Shown here: piece by piece, positions 38,108 to 55,335 of the stretch
How positions within the stretch are numbered: the stretch's first letter is position 1
Layout of the letters: the number at the start of each line of letters is the position of its first letter
Assembly: GCF_009914755.1 (NCBI RefSeq)
Contig: NC_060936.1
Strand: one strand, 5' to 3'
Length of the DNA: 64,000 nt
Source of the DNA: the human T2T-CHM13v2.0 reference genome, Homo sapiens
The notes under the pieces: model-generated
Told to the model about the DNA's origin: nothing
Database searches by the model: none
Seen by the model: only the letters and a program-made list of their open reading frames with translations
Translations under genes and position numbers: made by a program

Positions 38108-40351
38108 AAGATCAGGCTCCAGGTGGTGGTAACCTGTGGTTTGGGGACACTTGAGTTAGTAAGAGCAACAGCATTTGCCGTCTTTGGAGGGGATATTTGG
38201 TAACCCTCCAAGAGAGCCACCTATTTAGAAATAAAGTTTATTTTAGTTATCTGTAAGGGGGAAAAATCTGACTTCAATAGGGACATAATAGTTAGCCAAT
38301 AGGATATTCATTTAAGTGGGAGTTAGGAGAACTAAGTTATATTCCTGCCCCTTTATCACTTAAGGCAAATTTCTTCCTGTCTATGAGCCTATTACATTAA
38401 CTGCAAAATACAAACAGTAAAGCCTGTCTCAGAAGATCATTTCTGAGGCTTGGTATAAAAAACGGCTTATGAAATGTCAAGAATTGCACATGGAAATGCC
38501 TTTGTTATTACTTGCTTCTATATTCCTGCATTTTCTAGCTACTCTAAGCAATGAGCCATAAAGAAATGTCATGGAACCACTTCCAAATTCCAGTTTGCAC
38601 AAGAGACAGACGTTAGGAGGCCTGGATTATGCGGAATAGAGTTGAAGCAATGGGAAACCACCGCCTTTTTATTTGTCACATCCCTACTAGTTCTCAATAC
38701 AAAGTTCACAGTGAGCTCAAAGGACAAGTAGTAATTCCATTTGAGAATAATACTTGGCAGAGTATATTGAATGTCATCATCTTTATCAACAGACTTGGGC
38801 CCTTGAGTAAGACTTATGCATACTTTAGTTTTATGCAAACCCCTCCCCCATTCCAACCCAGGCTTGTTCTCTGTCCCTGCCTCTTCTCTCTGTTATAAAG
38901 TGATATTTTTCTCCTTTATAGAGGCAATGTATGGAATGTACGTAAGTTGGATACAATTTGGAAAACATCTAAAAATAGAAGAAAAACCATGGAAGTTTTT
39001 GAAGCATTTTGTTGGATGTTTTCTCCCCATGGCTTGTTCTCTTTATTAGTAGATTTAACATATTTAAATTGTATAATTGTATACAATTATTGTTCAATAA
39101 ATTTTCTACCCCATTTGTAGGTACTATTAAAAAGCATTTTAACCTGCCATTATGAACTCTTTGTAAACATAGTTTTTTATGGTTGCATTAATGGAGACAT
39201 AGTTTACTTAACTATTCTTCCATCGTTGGTTAGTTATATTTGTTTCAGATTGGTTATAAGCCAGCCTTTGTCAAACGTTTGACCATGAACCCACAGTTGA
39301 GAGAAAAAAACCTTTATAAATAATGCTGAAATGAATATTTGTGCATAAGGCTTTCCCCATTCCCTGATTATATCCTTAGGATGGTTTTTCAGAAGCAATA
39401 TCACTGCCTAAAAGTATGAGAAAGTGTTTCGGTTTCTTGATATATAATGCAAAATTACAATATAAACTTCAGGAATTTTTTAAAATTGGAAAGCCTACAT
39501 TGTTTTTGGAAGGCAAAGACTATACTTATCACTAGAATTCTTCATTGGAAAGACAAAGTCACAAATGAAACATAGGGAGTAATAATGTTGGCCATACTTG
39601 TACATGTTGGCAAATGCATCTTATTTAATAGAGAAAATTAGTCAGATGCTCATTTCGTGAGCTGATGACATCCATGTTTTTTTCTGAGGACCCAGAGCAT
39701 GGATACATCAGATCTTGTAAGGATTGTTTAGGGAACACACTAGGAATGCAAGCCCTGCTTCTAAGGAGGCTATTTTTAAATATTCAGGATTAGAAAGAAT
39801 CTCTATAAGCTACCTCCAATATGATTATAAATTCTGAGAAAATGGTGGTGCCTTTTAAAATGTTTGTACAGGGGGTTGCTGCAATGCTTTTCCATTTGTG
39901 TATGTATTTTAAGAATAACTTTTCATAGGTCCTCTAAACAGTAAGTATTTTTAAGGGAAGAGCTTTTCTAGCTCAGTAATTCTCTGTAAATGGTATACAC
40001 AAAGGTCATTTGAAGATATTTATTCTTTTAGGCCTATCGATTCCATTTAATTCCATTGACTATGAGGTTTGGTAGCTGGTTTGAAAGCATTGTCAAGAAC
40101 ATGAGGATTGGCTTCCCTATAATTTAATTGTTAAAAATGGCACATCAGAGGCTTGGAGTGAAATTTTTGCTTCATTGTTCAAGGTGTAAAGCAGAAATGA
40201 AAAGGTAACATATTGGGCTTTACTTTTTGCTTTGTAAAGAAGATATTCTCTGTGTAAACCTCTGCTCGTCCATTATAAAGAGGCTATGGCAATTATATGA
40301 TATCTATACCTTGATCCTTCTGTCCAGTGTGAAAGAGAATTACTTCAGCCC

Positions 40352-40736
40352 TGATACGGTTTGGCTCTTTGTTCCCATCCAAATTTTCTGTTGAATTGTA
40401 ATCCCCAGTGCTGGGGGAGGGACCTGCTGGGAGGTGATTGGATCATGGAGGTGGTTTCCCCTTGCCTTTCCTGTGACAGTGAGTGAGTTCTCATGAGATC
40501 TTATGCTTTAAAAGTGTGGCACTTCCCCCTTCTCTCTCTCTCTCTGTCTCCTACTCTGTGATGGGAAGATGTGCTTGCTTCCCCTTCACCTTCTGCCATG
40601 ATTGTAAGTTTCCTGAGGCCTCCCACTCATGCTTCCTGTTAAGCCCGCAGAACTGTGGGTCAGTTAAATCTCTTTTCTCCATAAATTACCCAGTCTCAGG
40701 TAGTTTTTTATAGCAGTGTGAAAATGGACTAATGCA
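40352..40736 (+). mobile_element. MSTA-like MaLR solo LTR
   Basis: TGATACGGTTTGG...GGACTAATGCA. Perfect TSD AGCCC at 40347-40351 and 40737-40741. Confidence 0.9.
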
Positions 40737-40973
40737 AGCCCCTAGCAGAAAATAACTTATATAGTCCCAAGAATATATAAGATATTCAATTCTCTAATAT
40801 AGTGTGTTTTTTTCCTTTTTCTGGGGACAATTAAGAATGAAGGGTATTTTTCTCCTATTTTTCCCTCCACACTATGCAATGACCATTACAAACCTTGCTA
40901 TTTTGTTGAATTCTACATGCAAGATAAATCAGTATAAAGTAAGTAAAGTGGGAATGAGTCATCACATGAACAC

Positions 40974-41416
40974 CATAATGGTTTATTTTATGTATCAACT
41001 TGGCTGGGCAATAGGGCCCAGATATTTGGTCAAATATTATTCTGGATGATTCTGTGTGTTTTTGGATGAAATTTGCATTTAAGTGAGTGGACTTTGAGTA
41101 AAGTAGATTGCCTCATCTAATTGATTGAAGGCCTGAATAGAACAAGAGGCTGAGGCTGAGCATACCCCCGCTTTCAGCAAGAGGGAATTCTCCAGCAGAC
41201 TGCAAACTTCCTTTGCAACATCAGTTCTACCTGGTTTCCTAGCAGACTGCCTTTGGACTCAACTGCCGCTCTTTCCTGAATCTCCATACTGTCAAACTCA
41301 CATCAGATTTTGGACTTGCCAAGCCTCCACAATCACATGAGCCAATTCCTTAAAATCCATTGATATATAGACACAAGCATATCCTATTGGTTGTTTCTCT
41401 GGAGAATACGAATATA
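40974..41416. mobile_element. MLT2-like ERVL LTR
   Basis: ATGGTTTATTTTATGTATCAACTTGGCTGGGC...GCCTCCACAATCACATGAGCCAATTCCTTAAAAT...CCTATTGGTT..TCTCTGGAGAA. Confidence 0.8.
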
Positions 41417-42153
41417 GACACTGTCCATATCATCCCTATTGTTCATTCTGTTCATTCTTTTTTTTCTCTATTTGATCATAAAGGAAAAAGGATTTAAATA
41501 CAACACTGGTAGCTTTCACATTGATGTGTGGAATTGAGACTTCTTGGAGTTATTGGTAGGTGGGTACACACTTCCACCTAGCTTTCATGTCGAAAATTCA
41601 AACTCATCCTGTTCCAAGCTTAACTCATCATCTTCTTGCCTGATCCTACTCCTCTTTTTCCTTCTCTTAATGGTTCATGGCATCACCACTTATCCACATA
41701 TTCAAGGTAAAAAACTGAGATGGCCTAGGCTCTTTCTTCACTTCTTTGCCTATTATATTTACCTTTTTCAGGAAAATATTTATTGGGTCCCTAACATGTG
41801 CTGGGCTATTTTATACTTGGTGGTGGTGGGGAGGGGCAGTGCTGTCAGTTCAACATTTTTAATGTTTTACAAATCCATCCTTTTTCTTTGCCTTCTACTC
41901 TGCTGTAGTTTGAGTCCTTTAGCGGTCTCCTTTGCACTGCTGCCTCAGGCACTGCTTCCATCTTTCTCGTACCTTAGTCACTTGTACATCATTTTCATCA
42001 GTTTGCCCTAGCTGCCTACCTCTTGCCCCTCTGACTGGCCTGATTTTTGCCATATGTTATACTGTTTTCTTTTTTTGCCTTATTTCCTAAATAGTGTTAT
42101 TTAAAATGGCTTACTTTTAAAAATCAAGTAAGTTTATTTAACAAGGAAACTTT

Positions 42154-44177
<2,024 letters not shown>

Positions 44178-44269
44178 AACAATGAAACTTTAATTTACTA
44201 TCATAAATGAAATTACTTGCCATAAATGGAAGGTAACGATAAAGAAAATAATACTACTTAAAAATAATT

Positions 44270-44480
44270 GTTAACATTTACTAACTGCTTTTCTTTGGCC
44301 AGGCTGTTCTAAGAATGAATTCATTTATCTTTGAAACTATCTTATGAGGAAGATACCATTTTTATGAGCCCCATCTTACCATTATGGAAACTGAGGCACA
44401 GAATGGGAATAACTTATTCAAGATCAGTTACAAGTAGTAGAGCAGGGACTTAAATTTAAGTGACCTGATGCCACCACCTC
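44270..44480 (-). mobile_element. MIR SINE
   Basis: GGAAACTGAGGCACAGA...AACTTATTCAAGATCA core. Confidence 0.7.
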
Positions 44481-46263
44481 CACTCAACATATGCTTTTTC
44501 CTTTATATAACAAAAAAAATTAAAAGATAGTACATAAACAACCACTTTTCTTACTGCAGGATTCTACATTATCTAATGCCCAAACCACATATCACTTAAA
44601 ATCATTTCAATTTCCAAGATATTGGGAAACACTTTTCTATTTAATCCTCCCTAAACCTCCAGAGATTTTTTTTTTGTTTAATCTAAACTTGTTCAATATG
44701 CTCCCCTGCTTACAGTCTGTAAATAATCCCTTTAAACTGTGAGATCAAGTTAGAAATTCTTTGCTGGCACAAAAGGCCCTTTATGATCAAGTTCCTGCCT
44801 TGTGATAAGAGTCTTCCCTTGCTGTTCTGCCATGGAGCTGGATAACATGCTCACAGTCCCAGGACTATGCCATGTTCTTTTACCTTGTCTTGGTTTTTCA
44901 CATGCTATTTCTTGTTCTTGGGACACTTTCATTTTCCATTCACTTTGGGAACTTCTCTTCATTCTTTAAACTTCAGCATAAATATCACGTCTCAGTAAAT
45001 GTTTCTTTGATTCTCAAAGATAGTCTCTCTGGGCTCTTAAAACACTGCTTATGTTTCTGTCTTCTAATACATAGTATATTATATTAATTAGTTTGAATGC
45101 CCCTTTTCTTGCTTACCATGAGTTTTTTTGATAACAGGGGCAGTTTCATATTTATCTTTATAAGCCTAGCACAGTGCCTGGAATGTACTAGTTATTTCAG
45201 TACATGTCGAGTGGCTTACATGGCTGTGCCATGTGACATACCCAGACATAAATTACTTTCATTCAGACAGAATTCTACAAGAAGTGCTGCTTACTAAGTT
45301 TTCCTCCCAATTGACTACCAGGATCTTGACTCTAATAACTGGGTAAAATCCACTTGCTACCTATATATTAAAACATTGTGAATGAATGAATGCCTGGTTG
45401 ATTTTCTGAATGAATGAATGAATGGTGTAGGTTTAGACACTCAGAATGTTATGAATGAAGTAAATGTATTACTATGCAGCAAGTAGACTGTATCTGACTA
45501 CTAAAAAATATTTATTGAGCACCTAATAGAAGCCAGGCACCAAAATGCTATGATGACAGAATACCTATCTTGGTTTTATGGATCTTACAATCTAGTGAGG
45601 GATACCAGCAATTAGCAAGAACTACAGTTCAGTGAGCTAAATGCTATGATGGAGGAAGAAGGAAATATCATGGAGGCATATAGCAAGGCTTGCATCTCCA
45701 CCTGAGAAAGCCCACATAAACTTTTCCATGGAAATAATATCTGTGCTTGGATCTAAAGGAGGAATAGAATTCAGCTGGGGGAAGATATATAAGTCTAGGA
45801 TTGTTCTTAACAGAGGGTGTGCTCTCTGTGATAACGAGCATGCTACTGTTTAAGGATCTAAGAAAAAAAACTTTTTATGATTCAAGGCAGGAGCAGATTT
45901 GGAAGTCCTGGGTCAGGGACCTGCAGGAGTTGGGGGAGAAATGAGGCTGAAGAGTAAGAAAAACCAGATCATACACAGCTTTATAAGACAGAATTTTGAC
46001 TCATTCTTGAAGTCATTCCTGGACCTGTCTACATAGAGTGAATTTCTACAATAAAGCAAGGTGTAAAGAGCTAAAGTCTTTGCCTGTTTAAGGTCAGAAG
46101 TCTGGGTGCCAATTAAGAGGGACTGGTGAGATTTGATAATTCTTAGCTATTTCTTTTACTACTACCACCACTCTACTGCTGTCATCATCTAAGCAAAATG
46201 TACAGAAACAGAAGTACCAGGATTTGGCAGAAGTACCAGAATTTGATAGAAAATTCTAGGTAG

Positions 46264-46586
<323 letters not shown>

Positions 46587-47198
46587 TCAAGGTAGAATCT
46601 TAATGACAGAAGCGAGAGCATCAGAAATGCTGTGCAGGTTTCTAGCATAGGCATCCTGGTGGACGGTGGTGCTATTCACGCAAGGGAACAGACCAGGAGA
46701 AAGGAACATGACTTTACCATTTGACATTTTGAGTTCGAGGCACCTAGGGCATATCCAATAGTTGACGAAAGAAGGGAATCAAATTCATTTTCTCTCTCTC
46801 TGTCTCTCTTTCTTTCTCTCTCTCTCTCTCCCTCTCTTTTTTTCATAGGAAGTCACTTTTTCCTTTGAGTGGAGGTGAAATATATCCCCCATTGTGCAGA
46901 AAGAACAGAATGACATTTTATGTAACAATGTTAAACCTTCCCAAGCCAAAAGCAGCTTAGAACATTACTATTTAATTACCCTCTCCTGAATACCATTTGG
47001 ATTTCATGAAAATTTATTGGGGCACTGTGCTATTCCTTTGCAAGGTACCTAGGAAAGGCTATACAATGCTAAACATAAACTGTAGAATAGCAATGAATTT
47101 GAGAAAAAATTAAAGTTTTTATTAAAATAGGAAAATGGACAGGTTTTAGTTATTTTGAGATTAATTGCAAAATACTAATCAAAATTTAATTTTAATTT

Positions 47199-47234
47199 CT
47201 ATACTTGTTCTTAGCCAAAAGGCTGAGAAGCTAT
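47199..47234 (-). pseudogene. U2 snRNA 5'-fragment pseudogene (3'-truncated retrocopy)
   Basis: Minus strand ATAGCTTCTCAGCCTTTTGGCTAAGAACAAGTATAG versus U2 nt 1-36 ATCGCTTCTCGGCCTTTTGGCTAAGATCAAGTGTAG: 32/36. Confidence 0.88.
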
Positions 47235-49329
47235 TGAATTAAACTAAATTAAATTTAAATTTTAAATCAAATTTAATTTATTTGAGTGTCTTTTTTATTT
47301 CTTGGAGTGAACTAAATAATTTGGCTACTATTTTAATGCAAGATTGTATTTTCATTATAAGTAAAACATAAGCATTTGGATCATGTACTGTTAGTCAGTG
47401 TCAAGATAAAACTAATTCTTTGTCATTCATCTGAGATTTGAGTTTTGCCTGCAAAAACTTTAGAGAAGGTGTGAAGGAGGAAATTCAATTGTTGATGAAT
47501 GTTAAGCCCCCCACTTTTAAACCTATCATTTGCTTAGAATATGAGTTAGTAGACATGTTTTGAGGAAATGGCTACCTTCAGGAAGGCATCTTACCATGGA
47601 AGGGGGCAGGATTGGTGAGATGGATAAAGAGTTAGGACGGTGATATCTGATTTTTACAGTTCATCATTTTAGACTGATTCTCCCCTAATTTCAAATTTAT
47701 ACAACATTAGACTTGAAAGAGGGCATTTTGGCCAAGTCCTTTATGTTACATTGTTATACAGCTGAAGATCTGAGAGGTAAATTGACTGGTCTAAGCTAAC
47801 TTAACTAATTAATAGGTTGTTCTGCAATAAAATTCACGCCCCTTGGCTGCTAATCCCATTTTTTTCTTCAACATTGTAATTGGATAAAAATCTGTCCTAG
47901 AGCTTTGAAGTTTGAGTATCTTAAAAATTCGAAATTGACTTGGACCAATAGAGTGTATGCCTAATCAAATCCATAATGCTATAGAAATGCTTTTAGACTT
48001 AGTTCTTCCACTATCTACACAAATTCGCACAATTAACTTCTTAGGACCTCAGTTTCTTATACAGTGACTTAAGGGCTTTGGATTAGATGATATTTAAAAC
48101 ACTCCAGTTTTCTGAGTCTAAGTTCCCTTTCTAAAGACCCTGGAAATTTACAAGAAATAAATCTTTTTCACAGTAGTAATAGAATCATCTTCCTATAAAT
48201 TTTACTTTTCATATATGTAAACTATGCACAGGGCATAAGTAAGATTTAACCATTTTGAAAGATTCAATTACCATGGTTATGGCTAGATTTCTATCTTTGT
48301 AGTACCCTCCCTGTGGATCCAATTTGAGAGATGGACACAGAGGAAAGCAAAGGAAGAGCTACTCCATCTTTCTCTCTTCCTGCACTCCATAGTTCAAAAA
48401 TTATCCCTGGCCTTTCAAAATGTATACAGAAGAAAAAAAAAACAGAACATTTAAAAATATATAGTTATAAATAGCTCTTTGGTTCTGATTTCATTGTTTC
48501 TTCAAACTCTGCACATTTTATTCTGGGGACTTTATTCACACACATGTAATTACCTGAGCTAAGCAATTTTTCATACTTTTCAAGGCTCTTGCATTATTGC
48601 ACCTGTACGACGACGGCTTTATAATTCAGTAGTAATTGAACAGCAATTATTTTCCATGATGCATGTACATTTTTATATCAGATTGTTGGCAGATATTCTT
48701 TATGATGTCGTTTTCACTAATGAGGAAATTAGAGTAAGTTATCTCATAGAGTGAGATGTCTTTTTCTGACTCATTTCCCAGCTCTTGACATGGATTTTAG
48801 AAAAGTTTGTATATTGTAAAACAGCATATACGAATGGGAGCAACATTGGTTCTGGATCTATGGGGGCCAGGAAGAGCAGTGAACTATTTTATAGGTCTAG
48901 TAAGGTCCTGTCTGTTCCATCCATATGATGGACTCTGACAGCAAATTTACATATGCATGAATGTAAATATTTAGATTGTAAAATTCTAAGAGAACAAAGA
49001 CCAAGCTTTGTACTACTTTTAAGCTTTTCATCATGCTCACTCAGCCTAGTATAGGTCCTCAGAAGGCACAGACTGTCTTAATCGTTTGGCATAAGACAAG
49101 AGAGCAAAGAGCTACCATAATTATCCAATAAACTCAGGCACCAAATCATTTTGATCGAGACCATTTGCAGCCAACAAAATTCAACATTTTTTGAGCACTT
49201 GCTATGTCAGACACTCTGCTCGATGGTGTGGTTTCTAAGGTGAATAAGACCTGATTAACTTTCATTTTCTTTAAGCAAGTATGTTATGTTTTAGATATGC
49301 CATATGTATACATATAAGCATGATAAGAT

Positions 49330-50650
49330 TACTTCATTCATTCAAGAAACATTTATTTAACACCTGCTGTAGGCTAAAAAATGTACTAAGTAGGAGGGAC
49401 CCAAAGAGAAAGACATGGATTTTGCCTTCAAGGAATTCATAGTCTCAGGGTTGAGACAGAAATAAGTACATATAAATACAATTAGAAAACCGTGAAAATT
49501 GTTCTCAGAGAGGTACACATGGGCACTGTGGGATAGCGGATGAGGTGCACCTTAATGAGATTGTACAATAAAAACTTTCTGGAGAAAGTGATGTCTGCGT
49601 GAAATCTCAAGGAAGAACAAAGGGTTGTCTAGGACAAGAAGGTAAAGCACATTCCAGGAAGAGGGGAGAAAGGGCAAAAGGCAATGATATGTGAAAGCAA
49701 ATAGAAATTGAGAACGGTAGATACTTTTAGCTAGTTCTAGAGCATAATGTGAAGAGAAGGAGTGGTGAGAAATGATTTAGATGGGACAAAATTGTGGAGA
49801 GCCTTGCCAGTCATGAAGAGTTTAGATTGTATTCTCAGCTCAGTGGGAAGCCATTAAAAGTTTTCATCTGAGGATTAGTGGGGTCAGAACTACATTCTAG
49901 AGAACAGAGGGAACATTTTTCTAGCAGCAATGGGAAGAATGGACAGGAGGTCATAGTAACCGGGTAGTATGGAACTAATCTTTGTGATAAGTGATAGGAG
50001 CCTATTAACAGGCATTATAGGAAACGGTACAGATTGGTGAATCATTAAGGAGGGAAAATTTACAAAAATTTCTGACTGATTTAATATCTGTGCTAGGGGA
50101 GGGAAAATCAATCTTGATTCCCAGATTTCTGGCTGGAGAAATTTCACAGTGCCATTCCCTGAGACACAGATGAGTGAAGACGGTGGTGGGTGGTAGGAGA
50201 TTGGGTGGGGGTGAGGGAAAAAATGAACCAAGTGTTGATATATTGCTTTGGGAAGCCTATGGGACACAGAGAAAGAGATGCCCAGACAGTTCATGTCTGA
50301 AGTTGGGGAGACCAACCTGGGCCAGAGATACAGATTAAATAAGAATCATCTGTTTACTGATGGTAGAGGGAGCCAGACATAAGAGTGGTCGAGGTCACTA
50401 AAGGAGGGTGGGAAGAGTAAGACAAGGGAAAAGCAAGGCTTCTTGGAGGATTTCAATATTTAAGACAGAAAAAACATTGCTTATGTGGGAAAGTAGGAAG
50501 AAATGAGAATGGCAGGAGTGGTATTGCCAGGTAGACTTAGGAAGAACTGAATAGTCAAATGTGAAGTTGATAATAATTAAAATGTACTTATTTGATTTAA
50601 TAATAACCAGGATATTGATGTCTTTGGTGAGGGATAAATTTCATTGGTAC
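49330..50650 (-). mobile_element. L2 LINE
   Basis: TTCATTCATTCAAGAAACATTTATTTAACACC 3' terminus followed by a long purine-rich L2 body. Confidence 0.7.
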
Positions 50651-52982
50651 ATTCAGTACTACACTCAAGGTATTTTTAAAGTGCTCAGGAAGACGGAGAA
50701 GTTGATGAATTCCCCTGAGATGAGGAGACATTCAGGTGATATTTGAGCTGGACATGAAGAAAGTGGGAATTTGTTACGTGGAAAAGGTAAAAAAGTGAAT
50801 TCCATCCAGAAAAACGACCTGAGCCTAAGAAACGTGATATATTCGAGTCGAAGTTTGGCTTGAAATAACCTGACCCTACCCCTTTCTCCAAGCCTCCAAT
50901 TTTCCATGTGTACCCCATTGATCAAAGTTAAGTAGAAGGAAGTTGTAAGAGAGTTTCAGAAACAGTTTGCAGAGGTCAGCCTCCCAGTTATAGATAGCAA
51001 AATAGAGGAAAGGCTGGGAATAGACCTGAGAGAAAGTAATGCTGGAAATAAAGAGAAAAAGGTAAACTCAACAAACATGTCGTAGGTATCAACATCTAAA
51101 TATGTTAATTATGTGGACAGGGCCAGGAATATTGGGCCCGGAGGGATATATAGACAGTGACTGCATATTCCCCCTGTCTCTGCCTCCTCTGCCATCGCAC
51201 ACTTATTTGGGTGAATGATGTTTAACTGGGATGGAGAATACAGAGGAAAAAGCAGGTTGGGGTCGGATATTTAGCTTGAATTTAGGCATGCTGGTTAGTT
51301 ACTGAAAAAAATTCAGATCATGTTAAAAATACATCCTGGGGCACAAGAATATGAATGATAATGATGTTCATTTGGGAATCATCAATGTATAATCATTACA
51401 GCCAGTGAAATAAGTGAGGTCATCCAGGAAAAAATGTGTATAGTAAGAAATGAAAGGCCACCAACAACAAACCTTGTGAGAGACCCACACATTTTGGATT
51501 AGATATTTCTAGTATGTTTTCATTACTCACCCTTCTAGATTCTGATGTCACTGTGGCCAAAGGTATTCATAAGTAGCTAAGGGAAATGGAAAATCAAGTC
51601 TGTTCTAACATTGCTAGGTATTCTAATGTTTCTTTTAAAAATGAATCTTCTACTACTGAGAGAAAAAAAGGTTTGATTAATTCTTTATTTGCTGTATTTT
51701 TATTTTTCTTACATAAAAACCACAGTAATGATTTGAGACACATCATTTCATCATCTCATTTCCAGATACCTCCTTTTTTGGGGCTTGTGTACATCTAGTC
51801 ATACCCAGTTAATCTACTTTTAAAAATATACTTTGGGCCTTACTTTGGCCACCTCTACTGAGAGAAATCATTGACTGTTTCTTGAATCTCTTTATGCTAT
51901 GCTGACAGTCTCCATTTAACACCCAGAGAGCACAGAGCATTTAGTTGTTGCATTCCCTTACATTTGCAATTCATTTTCTGTGTCAATTCATGTGGTTGAT
52001 ATTATAAAAATCATTTTAAACCTAGTTTAACTTTTCTTTTTTAACGTTTGGCTTATTCATAATTTTATGAGCTATAAATTTTATTGCATTGTGAATTGCT
52101 TTTCCCATCTGCAGATAATGCTGAGGAAGTCCTTGGAGGAATTGCTTAGGATGTGGTAGAAAGTGAAAAGAAAGGGACTTCTGTTGTGAATTGGTACATG
52201 TTAGGCCAAAATGTATCCTTGAGTAAAAAATAACCAAAGAGGAAAGATTTGGGCTTTGTAAATCTGGTTTTATTTGAAGTATTCACTCTAGTTGAACAGG
52301 TACACTCTGTCCACAACGTGCAAAATGAATCTAAAATTTAACACAATTGCATGCTTTACTGAAATAGCTCTAACTAATTCAAATGAAGTCCTTCTCAGCT
52401 AAGGATTTTCTTTGGTGTGAATTATCCAGAGAAGCTGTCAATAAGAATTAAAAAATTGGGAAAATGCAAGATTCTATTTTTCTTGTGACATGCTGACTTA
52501 GTCTTGGTACAGATTAAGACTGGGGTTATTAAGGTCATACCAAATATTTATCGAGTGTTGCAGGATTCTTCATGCCCATATTTTATCATTAAGACAAGGC
52601 AGAAACTAAGTGCCAGAAATATGTATGAAAAAATTATATTGATTGGTTTCATGTTGGGTTTATTTATATTGACAAAGTCTAAATGACGCAAAGGATATTG
52701 AAGAAAAAGTGCGATGAATTTTAGTTCCGAAATCCTTCTGGTTCGTTGATTTGGTACAAATGTAATTTTATTAAATCCCTTTCCATTCACTGACTGTCCA
52801 AACTTGGTATTTTTATTATTTCTCACAATGCATAATTGTGCCCTGAAGGAGTTTGGAGAAATCCAGTATGAGTCTTGGGAAGTAGAAGAGCCTAAATTTG
52901 AACGCTGTTCTGACTCATACCTCAGTCTTTTTATTTTGCTGCCTTATAGATATAATCCTTCTTAATATCTACTTTCTATGTA

Positions 52983-53038
52983 TTAAATTGGTGCAAAAGT
53001 AATTGTGGTTTTGCTCAATTACTTCTGCACCGACCTGA
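52983..53038. mobile_element. MADE1 mariner MITE, internally deleted
   Basis: TIRs TTAAATTGGTGCAAAAGTAATTG and CAATTACTTCTGCACCGACCTGA, with TA on both sides. Confidence 0.85.
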
Positions 53039-53232
53039 TATATTCACACCAAGCGTTCTCTCACCTTAGGTGCTTTTCTCTAGCTCTTCCCTAGCTAGAA
53101 TGCTTTTCTCCCAGATAGCCACATATCCAGCTTCCTCACCTCCATCAAGACTTGCTCAGATAATATATTCTCAATTAAGCTGACACCGAGCTTCCTCTTT
53201 AAAATTGTTTACCACTTGCCTCCTCCACACTG

Positions 53233-53317
53233 TAGGATGGCCAACTTGTCCTAGTTTGCCTGAAACTTTCCCGGTTTTAACACTGAAAGTCCCACATCCC
53301 AGGAAACCCCTCAGTCC
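53233..53317 (+). mobile_element. MER81-like hAT-Blackjack MITE
   Basis: TAGGATGGCCAAC..GTCC..GTTTGCC...CACTGAAAGTCCC..CCCAGGAAACCCCTCAGTCC. Confidence 0.75.
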
Positions 53318-53371
53318 GATATCCTTTACTGTGCCCAAGTTTTAACCTATCTGTGTAATCTATCTATCTTT

Positions 53372-53403
<32 letters not shown>

Positions 53404-53407
53404 ACAC
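53372..53407 (+). repeat. (AC)n microsatellite with one interruption
   Basis: Read directly. Confidence 0.95.
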
Positions 53408-54377
53408 GTTTAATTGAATATTTTCCCATACTAGGATTAAGTTCTATAACGGCAGAAATTCTTGCTATTTTTTTTCCCAACAGAAGCATTTACAAGGGTC
53501 CCAAAATGGTGCTCAAAGAATATTTGGTAAATGAACAAAAACATATATATGTCAGGGCAGATTACTAACAATTAGAATAGAAAGGCCATGTTTACATTTT
53601 TCTGTCTGTCCAAATAACTACCAAAATTATGTTTTGGTTTTTATCATTTTCTTAACTCATACTTACAGGTAAACTCTGATTGAGTCAGAGATTCCAAATA
53701 GCAGAAAATGTAATGCCTTATGTACTTAGTGGTTTGAAGTGAAAATTGAGATTTATATAATGAAGATGCTGATTCATAGCAGAATTGTGCTTCAGGATGA
53801 TCAGATGAAACACAAACTTTCCGTTGTGCCTCATTATTTAGAAGACACTGATAGAAAAGTGAAGAGAAGTAAATGATGGGCCTAAAATAGCATTATGGAA
53901 CAGGCTTGGCAACTGACTTTAAAGTAGGTATGGTACACTTCAGTACTAGCAGATTTAGATTGAAATTCAATCAGCCAAAATATACTCAGGCACTTTTATA
54001 TATGGCATACAGATATATGTTATCTAGTAAAAAATAAAAACTAGAAAACAAATATAGACCTGGATATGTTATTAGAAGGCATCTAATCAAGTACTCCAAG
54101 TAAAAATGAGGTCATTAGCCCAGGGAAATGACATAATTTACCAAGGATTACTCAGATCTCTCTCTCGGTGCCATCTTTATCACCATTTCTTTGAGCTTCT
54201 TACATTCTGGCCCTATGACCAAGTGTTAATGTCTTTTCTTACCCCCTTCCCCTTTCTCATTTAAAATTCTGAGGTTTCAGATACTTGTCCTTCTCCCTCA
54301 CTGTCCTCCACATCCAATCATCAGGCTCTACCCATTTTATCTTTAAATATTTTTCACACTGCCTTCTCTTTTCTACC

Positions 54378-55335
<958 letters not shown>

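Noticed and set aside
41544-42011. 155-aa hydrophobic plus-strand ORF
   Set aside because: Non-ATG start, overlaps decayed L2-like pyrimidine-rich sequence, and has no domain or splice support.
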